NCBI GenBank assembly: GCA_964595945.1
Contig: CAZQSL010000005.1
Span: 1-63,456 of the forward strand
Reading direction: 5' to 3'
DNA from: an uncultured bacterium
GTDB lineage: Bacteria; UBP15; UBA6099; JAJRTR01
Length of the DNA stretch: 63,456 nt
In this document: in pieces, positions 1 to 9,496 of the stretch
Position numbering within the stretch: position 1 is the stretch's first letter
How the letters are laid out: the number at the start of each line of letters is the position of its first letter
Notes under the pieces: generated by a model
Told to the model about the DNA's origin: nothing
Databases searched by the model: none
The model's input: the letters and a program-made list of their open reading frames with translations, nothing else
Translations under genes and position numbers: made by a program

Positions 1-53
1 AGACCCCATTTTTTCAAAAAGGGGGTCTCCATGCTCTTGTCGTGAACGCTTAC
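1..53. repeat. Right arm of a palindromic MITE/REP-like element, truncated by the window edge
   Basis: 9-53 TTTTTTCAAAAAGGGGGTCTCCATGCTCTTGTCGTGAACGCTTAC matches 9764-9809 apart from one A; ends in the CGTGAACGCTTAC terminal motif. Confidence 0.85.
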
Positions 54-108
54 GCATTTTTCAAACATCTTCTGTCAAGTAGCAGATAGCGAGGGAGGCA
101 GTAGAGGA

Positions 109-1275
109 TCAGGCTTCGCGTTGGAAAAGTCCGGCTGCGCCCATGCCGCCGCCGATGCACATGGAGACGACGCCGTATTTTTTGCCGGAGTCCTTGAGTG
201 CGTAGATGATCTGGGTGGCGAGTTTTGCGCCGGTGCAGCCGAGCGGGTGGCCGAGTGCGATGGCGCCGCCGTTGACATTGACTTTGGATGTGTCGAGGCC
301 GAGTTCGCTGACGCAGTAGATGGACTGGCAGGCGAAGGCTTCGTTGATTTCGTAGAAGTCGATGTCGTCTTTGGTGAGGCCTGCTTTTTCGAGTAGTTTC
401 GGGATGGCGAATTTGGGGCCGACGCCCATTTCATCGGGGTTGACGCCGACGGTGGTATAGGCTTTGAATACGGCGAGGGGTTTGAGGCCGAGAGCTTCGG
501 CTTTTTCGCGGCTCATGATGAGGACGGCTGCGGCGCCATCGTTCATGGGAGAGGAGTTGCCGGCGGTGGCGGAGCCGCCCTGTTTGAAGGCGGGTTTGAG
601 TTTTGCGAGGCCTTCGAGAGTGGTGTCTGGGCGGGGGCATTCGTCGGTGTCGAAGGTGACTTCTTCCCAGCCTGCGCCTTTGGGCACGCGGGCGGTGACG
701 GGGACGATTTGTTCTTTGAAGGCGCCTTTTTCGATAGCCGCGACGGCTTTCATGTGGCTGTTGTAGGCGAATTCGTCTTGAGCTTCGCGGGTGATGCCGT
801 AGCGTTCGATGACGTTTTCGGCTGTGAGGCCCATGGGGATGTATGCTTCGGGGAATTCTTCGACGAGGCGAAGGTTGATTTCGGGGGTGAAGCCGCCCAT
901 GGGGACAGCGCTCATGGATTCGGCGCCGCCGGCGATGGCGATGTCGAGTGAGCCGGAGTTGATCTTGGCGGCTGCGATGGCGATTGCTTCGAGGCCTGAG
1001 GCGCAGAACCGGTTGACGGTCATGGCTGATGTTTCGACGGGGAGGCCGGCGCACAGGGAAGCAATGCGGGCGAGGTTCATGCCCATCTGGCCTTCGGGCA
1101 TGGCGCAACCGAGGATGACATCTTCGATTTCTGTTTTGTCTATTCCGGCTCTATTGATCACTTCATTTATGACTATGGCGGCGAGATCGTCTGCTCTTGT
1201 TTCGCGAAGGGTGCCTTTTTTGGCTCTTCCCACCGCGGTTCTTGCCGCTGCAACTATTACCGCATCTCTATTCAT
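109..1275 (-). CDS. fadA: Acetyl-CoA C-acyltransferase (thiolase)
   Basis: NRFCASG (active Cys), [13 protein letters not shown] and CIGGGMG motifs; ATG 1275 behind GGAGG; follows the FadN-type gene. Confidence 0.95.
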   Translation of the reverse strand: MNRDAVIVAAARTAVGRAKKGTLRETRADDLAAIVINEVINRAGIDKTEIEDVILGCAMPEGQMGMNLARIASLCAGLPVETSAMTVNRFCASGLEAIAIAAAKINSGSLDIAIAGGAESMSAVPMGGFTPEINLRLVEEFPEAYIPMGLTAENVIERYGITREAQDEFAYNSHMKAVAAIEKGAFKEQIVPVTARVPKGAGWEEVTFDTDECPRPDTTLEGLAKLKPAFKQGGSATAGNSSPMNDGAAAVLIMSREKAEALGLKPLAVFKAYTTVGVNPDEMGVGPKFAIPKLLEKAGLTKDDIDFYEINEAFACQSIYCVSELGLDTSKVNVNGGAIALGHPLGCTGAKLATQIIYALKDSGKKYGVVSMCIGGGMGAAGLFQREA

Positions 1276-1323
1276 GAAATCCTCCATTGGACTCAATAAA
1301 GTGTAGTTTCCGCCTCCGTGTCA

Positions 1324-3813
1324 TCAGTTGCGGAGCGGCTTGTTGTTTTTGAGCATGTATTCGATCCTGTCCTGGGTCTTTTCCATGCCGCAGAGGCTGA
1401 CGAAGGCTTCTCGTTCGAGGTCGAGGATATACTGTTCGTCGACAACGGTGTTGAGCGGGATGTCGCCGCCTGTGAGGATTTTGCCGATTTTTTCGCAGAT
1501 GATCTGGTCATGTTCGGACATATAGCCGCCGAGCTTCATAGTCCAGATCACGTTTTTGACTGCGGCGTAGTAGGGACTGCCGAGGAGTTTGATGTCATTG
1601 CGCGGGCTCTTGCGGGTATATCCGGCGCGGTGCATGCCGAGGACCATCTGTTTTGCGTCGTTGAGGAGGTAGTCCTTGTTGAGGCAGATTTTGTCGGTGG
1701 GACGCAGGATGTTGAGTTCCATGGCTTCTTTTGCGTTCATTGCGACTTTGGCCATGGCGATGTTTTCGAATGCCTTGCGAAGGAAATTAAACGTGTTGGG
1801 GAGATAGGGGTTGTCGAGAGTCGCTTCGATGTTTCTGATGAGGTACTCCTTGCAGCCGCCGCCAGCGGGGATGACGCCTACGCCGACTTCGACAAGGCCG
1901 ATGTAGGTTTCGGCTGCCGCGCAGATCGCGTCGCCGTGCATGGTGACTTCGCAGCCGCCGCCGAGTACCATCGAGAAGGGGGCGGTGACGACCGGGAATG
2001 GGGAGTACTTCATTTTCATGTTGACCTGCTGGAGGTCGTTGATGGCGTCTTCGAGGGCTTTCCAGTTTTTGGCTTTTGCGGCCATGAGGATCATCATGAG
2101 GTTGGCGCCGACGGAGAAGTTCTGGCCTTCGTTGCCGATGACGAGTCCGTAAAAACCTTTGTCCTGCACGATGTCGACAGACTGTTTCATCATTGTCATG
2201 ACATCTTCGTCGATGGGATTCATGCCTTTGTAGCTGTGGAATTCGAGGAGTGCGACGCCGTCGCCCATGTCGAGGAGAGTGGCGCCGGAATTTCTCTTGA
2301 TGATCTTGCCGGCATCCCGCAGGTCGGTGATTTTGATCTTCCACGAGCCGGGATTGGTTGTGAAGTTGACAGCGTCGAGGGTGTGGGCGCTGACGGTGGC
2401 GGGATTGATCGTGAGATTGGTTGCCGGGACTTCCTTGTAGGAAAGCGAGGGCATGTCGTAGTAGGTATTTTTGAGGCCGGCTTTTTTGTAGAATCCGCCG
2501 GCTTTGGAGGCTTTGTCGAGTAGCGGCGGGACTTTGAGGCCGTCGGCCTTGATGCGTTTTACGAGGTCTTTGATGCCGATTGCGTCGGCTGTTTCAAACG
2601 GACCCATTTCCCATCCGAAGCCCCATTTCATGGCGTTGTCGACATTGACGACGTCGTCGGCGATCTCGGGGATGCGGTTGCAGGAGTAGATCGTCACGTC
2701 GCGGACTACGCGCCATGCGAACTGTGATACGTTGTCGTCGCCGCTGATGAGTTTCGCGATCTTTTCGCCGAGTGTGGGAAGTTTTTTCGCTGCCGCGAGG
2801 ATGTCGAATTTCGGTTTTTCGCTCGGGATGTATTCGAGGGTTTTGTAATCGAGGACGAAGAAAGTTTTTTTGCCGTCGATAAATTCCTTTTTATAGAAAC
2901 CCTGTTTGGACTTGTTGCCGAGCCAGCCGTTCTGGACCATAGTGTCGATCCATTCGGGGGCCTTGAAGGCATCGCGCTCCTCGTCATTGGGGCAGAGGTC
3001 ATAGACAGTTTTGGCGACATGCATGAAGGTGTCGAGTCCGACGAGGTCGGCTGTGCGGAAGGCAGCGGATTTCGGGCGGCCCATCGGCTGGCCGGCGATT
3101 GCGTCGATTTCGTCGATGCGCAGACCGAGGTCCTGCATGTGCTTGATGGTCGACATGATGCCGTAGATGCCGATGCGGTTGGCCACGAAGTTGGGCGTGT
3201 CCTTGCCGTATACGACGCCTTTGCCGAGCACGCGTTCGGAAAACGCGGCGACGGATTTCACTGTTTCCATGTCGGTTTCTTCGCCGACGATAAATTCAAG
3301 GAGTTTCATGTGGCGGACGGGATTGAAGAAGTGGGTGACGAAGAATCCTTTCTTCATCTCGGGCGACATGTCAGCGGACATTTCGCTGATCGGCAGGCCC
3401 GATGTGTTGGAAGTCAGGATCGCGCCTGGTTTCATGAATTCTGCAATGCGGGCGAAAAGCGCTTTTTTGACCGCAAGGTCTTCCTTGACGACTTCGATGA
3501 CCCAGTCGCACTCCGCGAGCTTGGGCAGATCGTCTTCGAAATTGCCTGGAGTAATGAACCGCGCATTTGATTTGACATAAAGTGGAGCCATCGGCTGCTT
3601 GGCAGCGAGGCATTTTTCGAGCGCACCCACAGCAAGTTTGTTTTTGTGGGCCGGATCTGTTTCGGATACGCCGTTGGCCTTGTCCTCATCACTGAGCGGA
3701 AGCACTATGTCCAGCATGTAACACGGTATCCCGCAGTTAGCGAGATGACACGCTATACCGCTCCCCATAACACCGGAACCAAGCACGGCTACCTTTCTGA
3801 TTTCCTTGCTCAT
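1324..3813 (-). CDS. fadN: 3-hydroxyacyl-CoA dehydrogenase / enoyl-CoA hydratase (FadN-type)
   Basis: GSGVMG Rossmann motif, SNTSGL, HFFNP, FVANRIG; C-terminal crotonase domain (GGGCE, GLVEVGVGVIPAGGG). Confidence 0.93.
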   Translation of the reverse strand: MSKEIRKVAVLGSGVMGSGIACHLANCGIPCYMLDIVLPLSDEDKANGVSETDPAHKNKLAVGALEKCLAAKQPMAPLYVKSNARFITPGNFEDDLPKLAECDWVIEVVKEDLAVKKALFARIAEFMKPGAILTSNTSGLPISEMSADMSPEMKKGFFVTHFFNPVRHMKLLEFIVGEETDMETVKSVAAFSERVLGKGVVYGKDTPNFVANRIGIYGIMSTIKHMQDLGLRIDEIDAIAGQPMGRPKSAAFRTADLVGLDTFMHVAKTVYDLCPNDEERDAFKAPEWIDTMVQNGWLGNKSKQGFYKKEFIDGKKTFFVLDYKTLEYIPSEKPKFDILAAAKKLPTLGEKIAKLISGDDNVSQFAWRVVRDVTIYSCNRIPEIADDVVNVDNAMKWGFGWEMGPFETADAIGIKDLVKRIKADGLKVPPLLDKASKAGGFYKKAGLKNTYYDMPSLSYKEVPATNLTINPATVSAHTLDAVNFTTNPGSWKIKITDLRDAGKIIKRNSGATLLDMGDGVALLEFHSYKGMNPIDEDVMTMMKQSVDIVQDKGFYGLVIGNEGQNFSVGANLMMILMAAKAKNWKALEDAINDLQQVNMKMKYSPFPVVTAPFSMVLGGGCEVTMHGDAICAAAETYIGLVEVGVGVIPAGGGCKEYLIRNIEATLDNPYLPNTFNFLRKAFENIAMAKVAMNAKEAMELNILRPTDKICLNKDYLLNDAKQMVLGMHRAGYTRKSPRNDIKLLGSPYYAAVKNVIWTMKLGGYMSEHDQIICEKIGKILTGGDIPLNTVVDEQYILDLEREAFVSLCGMEKTQDRIEYMLKNNKPLRN

Positions 3814-4207
3814 TATTACCCCCCTTTTCGCGGAGTTTTACCGCAAGATTTACTGAAAAGTACTTATTTTTTTGCCTTTCAGCTTCAAACACTCGGGTCA
3901 TAGGTTTCCTGCCATTTCGCATGGCGGTTACCTGTACAACTTAGGGAGTTATTATATCACCTCTACACTATCAGTAAGCAATAACATTTCCCAAAATAGT
4001 TGCCGCTTTTTCGCCGCACGCAGTTTGCTTCAGGAGTCTGAGTTAAATTCGGGATAGAAAATATGCTTGTCGTCTGTAACGACGGAATAAACCCGATAAA
4101 CGGGATATGGCGATGTTGTGGCAGGCGGCTTTGGAAATTGGTGATCCGGGTACGGGGATATTGCGGGAAAACGGAATAATACTGTCGTTATGTTTTTGGG
4201 AAAACGC

Positions 4208-6817
4208 TCAGTCAGTGGCGGCAGACAGACTGGCGATGGCGGTAGTGATGTCTGCGAAGGAGAAGGGTTTGACGAGGAAAGTGGCGCCGGAGATGTTGCG
4301 TTCTTCGAAAGTGGCCGCGTTGCGGGGGATGCCTGAGATGAAGATGACTTTCAGGGCTGGGTCGATTTGCATGAGCTGTCTGTAAGTATCGAAACCGTCC
4401 ATGCGTGGCATGAGGAGGTCGATGATGGCGATGGATATGTCGTGTCTGTATTTTTTGTACAGGTCGATGGCTATTTCGCCGGATTCGGCGGTGAAGGGTG
4501 AGAACCCGGCTTTTTCGAGCATCATCGTGGTGATGCGGAGTATTGAAATTTCGTCGTCTACGACGAGTACGGCAGGGGATTTTGCGGGCAGGTCTTCATC
4601 GGAATCTTCGCTGGCGGCAGAGATGTTGATGGCTGGCAGGAAGATTTTCATGGTGGTGCCGTTGCCGGGGCGGCTGACGATGTGGATGTGGCCGTTGTGG
4701 CTCTGTACGATGGCGAGCGAGGTGGCGAGGCCGAGGCCGGTGCCCTTGTCTTTTTCTTTTGTGGTGAAGAAGGGGTCGAAGACTTTTTTGATGATGTTGG
4801 GGGGGATGCCTGTGCCAGTGTCGGTGATTTCGATTGTGCAGTAGGCGCCGGGTTTGAGGTTGACGTATTGTGCGGAGGCTGATTCGGAGAGTGATGTGGT
4901 GGAGCAGGTGATGGAAATGGAGCCGCCGGCGGGCATGGCGTCGGCTGAGTTATTGGCGAGGTTGAGCAGTACCTGGAGCATCTGGTTTTCGTCGGTTTTG
5001 ATCACGGAGTCCTGGGGGCATTCGCTTGAGAGGGTGACGTTTTTGGGGATGGAGCGCTGGATCATGGGCATGAGCCGGTCGATGAGTTCCGAAGTGCGGA
5101 TGGCGCTGACCTTGACTTTGTCCTTACGGGAAAAGGAGAGGAGTTTTTGAGTAAGGTCGCGTGAGCGGCGGGCGGCGTCGGTGATGCGGTCGATGTGGGG
5201 GATGGCGGGTGAGTTGGGGGGCACATCCGATTTCGCGAGGCTGGCAAACCCGATGATGATGCCGAGCATGTTGTTGTAGTCGTGCGCGACGCCGCCAGCG
5301 AGGCGGCCGACGGCTTCCATTTTCTGAGCTTGCAGGAGCTGCTCTTCGAGATAATAGCGTTTGTTGTCTTCGATGATACGTTCGAGTTCGGATGCGGTGC
5401 GGGTGGCGATGATGACAAACGCTTCGCGCATTTTCACCGGCAGTGCGATCTCTCTGTCGGACACGCAGTAGATCAGGCCGATGGGATCGCCGTTTTTTCC
5501 GGTGAGGGTGATTGCCGTAAAGCCGTTGGGTTTGTAATCCGAAAAAAGCGGTTCGTCGGGAAATTCGCCGGCAATTTCATTGCCCGTGCAGATAAAACCT
5601 TTTCGGGAGATGGCCGAGGCTGTATCGTATGAGATGACGTATCTGTCGGGATTGACGGGTGTGGCGCTGTCGAATTTGATGGCGTGAGGTTTTATGGCGT
5701 TGTCGATGTGTGAGATTTCCACAATGACGGCGGCTTTGACGCCGAACCATGTACAGATGGTGGTGGCGGCGTTGTCGAAGCAGTCGGTGCCGATGAATCC
5801 GATGGTGGTTTCGATGATAGCTCTGAAGGCGTCTTCGGATTCCTTGTGTTCGGTGATGTCCTGCACAATGCCTTCGATGGATGAAATTTCGCCCGAGGGG
5901 TCGCGCTCTGCCTTTATGGTGGTGATTGCCCAGAATGTGGAGCCGTCTTTTTTGCGCAGCCTGACGAGGGTGTGGTCGACGCGGCCGGACTCCCTGAGGC
6001 GGCGCGCCAGCATCTGGCTGTCGCAGGAATTGTCGAAAAGCGAATTGACCGGGATGCCGAGGAGTTGTGACAGCGCACCATATCCGAGTATGTGAGCGAG
6101 CGCGGGATTGGCCATCGAAAAAAATGCCTTGTCCAGGCTGCCTCTGAAGATGCCGAAGGGGGCATCGTCGACGAGGGCGCTATATTGCTTTTCCCGGTCC
6201 GACAGTTCGCCACGCACCCTCTGGAAGTAGATCAGCAGCAGGCTCATGGCGACGAGGAGCTCGAACATCGCTCCGATCATATATCCCCACGGCGCGACGG
6301 ACGGGATATCGTACAGAAAAGGATAATCGGCCTTGTGCAGGCCCCATAGTATGAAAAGCGCTCCACAGAAAACCATCTCTCGCGATTTGCGGTACCGTAT
6401 CAGCGAAATGCCAGTGAGGATATACGCCACCGCGAGATACTCGAAAATCAGGACAATCTCGAACATATCCGGTATCGATGGCGCGATAGCCGTGACAGTG
6501 GTGACGATCAGTATGACGGCCGCCGAAACAAACCATCCCCTCGGGGTGCGCCGCCCGATAAATGCGTAAGTGCCCCATACGAGCATTATGCCGTTGATCA
6601 GACTTGTGATCAGAAATATGCTGAACAGCGGGTACTGCCTGAGACCGGTTGCGAGATATGCCATCATCAGCACATATCTCATGGAATACACTACCCAGCT
6701 CAGCCCCCATATCTTCATGAAGCGCTCTCTGTACATCACATACAGATACAGGTATATGAACGACAGAATCGAGGTGCACATAAAATTGGATATGATTGCC
6801 GGGACCATCCAGTCCAT
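4208..6817 (-). CDS. Membrane hybrid sensor histidine kinase (multi-TM, PAS, GAF-like, HisKA, HATPase, REC)
   Basis: About 7 hydrophobic N-terminal helices; GGVAHDYNN H-box; NLANNS, DTGTGI, FDPFFTTK, GTGLGL; C-terminal VVDDE...IDLLMP...KP receiver. Confidence 0.93.
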   Translation of the reverse strand: MDWMVPAIISNFMCTSILSFIYLYLYVMYRERFMKIWGLSWVVYSMRYVLMMAYLATGLRQYPLFSIFLITSLINGIMLVWGTYAFIGRRTPRGWFVSAAVILIVTTVTAIAPSIPDMFEIVLIFEYLAVAYILTGISLIRYRKSREMVFCGALFILWGLHKADYPFLYDIPSVAPWGYMIGAMFELLVAMSLLLIYFQRVRGELSDREKQYSALVDDAPFGIFRGSLDKAFFSMANPALAHILGYGALSQLLGIPVNSLFDNSCDSQMLARRLRESGRVDHTLVRLRKKDGSTFWAITTIKAERDPSGEISSIEGIVQDITEHKESEDAFRAIIETTIGFIGTDCFDNAATTICTWFGVKAAVIVEISHIDNAIKPHAIKFDSATPVNPDRYVISYDTASAISRKGFICTGNEIAGEFPDEPLFSDYKPNGFTAITLTGKNGDPIGLIYCVSDREIALPVKMREAFVIIATRTASELERIIEDNKRYYLEEQLLQAQKMEAVGRLAGGVAHDYNNMLGIIIGFASLAKSDVPPNSPAIPHIDRITDAARRSRDLTQKLLSFSRKDKVKVSAIRTSELIDRLMPMIQRSIPKNVTLSSECPQDSVIKTDENQMLQVLLNLANNSADAMPAGGSISITCSTTSLSESASAQYVNLKPGAYCTIEITDTGTGIPPNIIKKVFDPFFTTKEKDKGTGLGLATSLAIVQSHNGHIHIVSRPGNGTTMKIFLPAINISAASEDSDEDLPAKSPAVLVVDDEISILRITTMMLEKAGFSPFTAESGEIAIDLYKKYRHDISIAIIDLLMPRMDGFDTYRQLMQIDPALKVIFISGIPRNAATFEERNISGATFLVKPFSFADITTAIASLSAATD

Positions 6818-6904
6818 AAACTGCCGCCTGTCACAAATATGTTATATTAAGGAACAGCATTGCCGTTTCGCAGGTTGCATGTTTGCGGATCATATATGAG
6901 CTAT

Positions 6905-6933
6905 TTCAGAAAAATCCGGAAATTTGTTATAAT
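6905..6933 (+). promoter_or_regulatory. Sigma70-type promoter of the nitroreductase gene
   Basis: TTCAGA-N17-TATAAT with TG extension, followed by GGGAGG SD. Confidence 0.6.
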
Positions 6934-6958
6934 ACGGTGACAAAGATACGGGAGGCGG

Positions 6959-7831
6959 ATGGAAATGATCAAAGTGGACAATGAAAAATGCACGGCATGC
7001 GGAATGTGCGCCGCGGTATGCCCGGCAGTAGTGTTGGAACAAAGAGGAAACACCATGTCGATAGCGCATCCGAAATCATGCATCCAGTGCTGGCACTGCA
7101 TTGCCGTATGTCCCTCCGATGCCGTCACTTGTGACGAATTCGCACTCCATACGTTCGATACCATTGCCGGCGAACCTCAGCCCCCGGAATATCAGCAGGC
7201 TAAATCGCTGCTGCTCAACCGCCGTAGCGTCCGCGAATTCAAAGACCAGGAAATCCCCCGCGAAATCCTCGAAGAACTCGTCACTATCGCCTCGCATGCC
7301 CCCACCGGCCACAATGCACAGGGAGTCAATCTCTGCGTCATCACCGACCGTAATCTCATAAACGGCACCGACGAAAAAATACTTGCCAGATTAGCCGGAC
7401 TCTCATCGGTCATCGGATCGAAACCCGTCACGACATTCGTCCAGGCACTCGCGGGCCACGAAAAAGCCGACTCCCTCAGAGAGACACGCGAAGGCATGGA
7501 ACGTTTTGCCAAATCCGCCGGACACGCACACCATCACATATTCAGGGATGCTCCCGCGCTCGTGATCGCCCATACCGCCCCTGGGCAGTTCATCGGCAAA
7601 GACGACTGCGTAATAGCGCTTACCCACATGATGATCGCCGCCAACTCGATGGGGCTCGGCGCCACATGGATCGGATACCTTGTCGGAGCCGCCGCGTTTG
7701 ACCGCAGCATCAAAACCGCCCTCGGCGTGCCGATGTTCAACACTCTTCAGGCCGCTATCATACTCGGCTGGCCAAAATACAGATACAAAAGACGCATCCC
7801 GCGCAAACCCGTTCCCGTCAAATGGCTGTAA
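6959..7831 (+). CDS. Nitroreductase family protein with N-terminal 2x[4Fe-4S] domain
   Basis: CTACGMCAAVCP and CIQCWHCIAVCP; RRSVREF, APTGHNAQ, LGATWIG. Confidence 0.92.
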   Translation: MEMIKVDNEKCTACGMCAAVCPAVVLEQRGNTMSIAHPKSCIQCWHCIAVCPSDAVTCDEFALHTFDTIAGEPQPPEYQQAKSLLLNRRSVREFKDQEIPREILEELVTIASHAPTGHNAQGVNLCVITDRNLINGTDEKILARLAGLSSVIGSKPVTTFVQALAGHEKADSLRETREGMERFAKSAGHAHHHIFRDAPALVIAHTAPGQFIGKDDCVIALTHMMIAANSMGLGATWIGYLVGAAAFDRSIKTALGVPMFNTLQAAIILGWPKYRYKRRIPRKPVPVKWL

Positions 7832-8027
7832 CTTTCTCCGGCCGGCATTTTCGATACGCACTTGCCGATAATCGCAGGGTTACGGCAGTTGCTTCGGTGG
7901 CTGTAACTTTGGGCGAAGCGAATAATCCCGCTCTATCCATGCCATGAGTCAGGCGGATTTTGATCAGGGATGCGCCACACATGTACCCCCATAGCCGGAT
8001 GTGCCAAAAATTATCCACCAGAACGCT

Positions 8028-8054
8028 TAAGTCTCAGCCAAAACCTGCCGATAA
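8028..8054 (+). promoter_or_regulatory. Sigma28 (FliA/SigD)-type promoter
   Basis: TAAG-N15-GCCGATAA; perfect -10 element and canonical spacing. Confidence 0.7.
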
Positions 8055-8154
8055 CAATAATGACACGGAGGTCACTAATGTTTACCTTCACTCACGTACC
8101 ACGGAGGGCACGTAGTGAATCCTTTTTGTCAAAATCGAATGGGTGTGGGATAAA

Positions 8155-8334
8155 ATGGGACAGATTTCAATGGACCCCGGCGTCACGTCAATGGCTTCGA
8201 TCCTGAAAAGCGCCCAATATATGCAGGGTGCGACACTGATGAGACTGCTCGATGTAGTATCGAAAGTTGCAACAGCGCAGGTGCAGCCTCTCGTCAATAT
8301 CGCCGAAGCTGGCCATATTGATATTTACGCGTAA
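8155..8334 (+). CDS. Small YjfB-like (putative motility) protein; start uncertain (8143/8155/8170)
   Basis: About 55-60 aa, Met/Ala/Gln-rich helix, C-terminal GHIDIYA resembling the YjfB G-x-x-ID-x-x-A ending; lies downstream of the sigma28 promoter. Confidence 0.6.
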   Translation: MGQISMDPGVTSMASILKSAQYMQGATLMRLLDVVSKVATAQVQPLVNIAEAGHIDIYA

Positions 8335-8386
8335 CTCAGAGTGACATGGTTGCTGCTAGCCACAGCAACTCCTCCTATAAGGTAAG

Positions 8387-8414
8387 AGCCACCGGAAGAA
8401 TGGTGGCTTTTTTT
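8387..8414 (+). terminator. Intrinsic terminator
   Basis: AGCCACC/GGTGGCT stem, 8-nt loop, U-tract to 8414. Confidence 0.85.
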
Positions 8415-8566
8415 CATTTGGACGCACTGCGTGCATGATATTGTTTCAAAAGGACGTGTCGAAAGTTTTTTTTGCAACAATTCATAGAAAAATACTATTA
8501 TATTAGTGGATACTATATTTGAAAGCATAAATGACAATACATCAGTCAGGCACTGGGGAGATGGCC

Positions 8567-8836
8567 ATGCACAACGAGCACTCATATCACAGAGAAGAAA
8601 TTATTGCCTTCTCACCCCGCAGTTTCGAAGATATCAAAACTATCGCCGACGAGATTAAAAACGGCAATCCAACGATTATCAATGTCAACGAGCTGGCAGC
8701 CGATAACCGCGAATCATATATCCATTTCCTCAATGGCGTGGTATATGCGCTCAATGGAAATTCGACGTGTATCGGCAACAACGTGTATCTGTTCGCACCG
8801 CCCAATGTCGAAGTCTATAACGAAAGCACGGACTGA
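8567..8836 (+). CDS. sepF: Cell division protein SepF
   Basis: PRSFEDIKTIADEIKNGNPTIINV...FLNGVVYALNG...YLFAPPNV matches the SepF core; GGGGAG SD. Confidence 0.85.
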   Translation: MHNEHSYHREEIIAFSPRSFEDIKTIADEIKNGNPTIINVNELAADNRESYIHFLNGVVYALNGNSTCIGNNVYLFAPPNVEVYNESTD

Positions 8837-8895
8837 AACGGCTTTTTCCCAAGATTGTCATGGAGTGGATTGTAAACGGGCCTTGCCTGCGTCTT

Positions 8896-9330
8896 TCAGG
8901 CTTCGCATTGTGTAGCGCTTTCGTCTTCGGACAAACCATTAGGCCCCTTGCTCTGCCTGGCGATTGTTTTCAGACAGTTTTCGAGGTCGTCAAGGTCGCA
9001 AGGTTTGCTCATGAATCTGTTGGCGCCTGACAGATATGCGCTCAGCTTGTCATTGGTGCTGTCCCGGACGGTGAGCATGACGATGATCGCACGGCGCGCC
9101 TTTTCCGAAGACCTGATCAGACGGCTTGCTTCATACCCGTTTTTGACGGGCATCATTACGTCCATAAATACAACATCCGGCGTCTCTCTCTCAGCGACTT
9201 CCACGGCCTGATCCCCGTTTTTTGCCTCGTAAACGGTATGGCCTTTTTCCCTGAGAAAGTCTCCGAAAACGTCCCTTATGTCATCGTCATCGTCGACGAG
9301 CAGTATCCTGAGGTTATTGTCTTCTGTCAT
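8896..9330 (-). CDS. Single-domain response regulator
   Basis: ILLVDDD, FMDVMMP (phospho-Asp), MLT, FMSKP. Confidence 0.92.
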   Translation of the reverse strand: MTEDNNLRILLVDDDDDIRDVFGDFLREKGHTVYEAKNGDQAVEVAERETPDVVFMDVMMPVKNGYEASRLIRSSEKARRAIIVMLTVRDSTNDKLSAYLSGANRFMSKPCDLDDLENCLKTIARQSKGPNGLSEDESATQCEA

Positions 9331-9496
9331 AGGTTAGCTCTGGCTAAATTATAGCAGTTTTTTTTTCACTTTCAATGCACTTATATTACAATTAACCTTG
9401 ATTTGAGCCTTATGTTGCAGATATTTGTAGATTTTCAGCAATATGGTTTGTCAAAATGGACAAAATGGCACTGGGGATATGGCAGGGGAAATCATA

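Noticed and set aside
121-3580. Long antisense or alternate-frame ORFs over fadA and fadN (e.g. 1318-2523 +, 431-1108 -)
   Set aside because: Shadow ORFs produced by strong C-ending codon bias; no motifs, and fully overlapping well-supported genes
3737-3922. Small minus-strand ORF upstream of and overlapping fadN
   Set aside because: Out of frame with fadN, overlaps it, has no recognisable motif; probably promoter/leader sequence
7864-7871. Second GCCGATAA (sigma28 -10-like)
   Set aside because: No TAAA-like -35 at the required spacing
8325-8375. Minus-strand peptide ...ASSNHVTLSYA resembling a tmRNA tag or type I toxin
   Set aside because: No tRNA-like domain or pseudoknots nearby, no terminal LAA/AA, and not hydrophobic enough for a toxin
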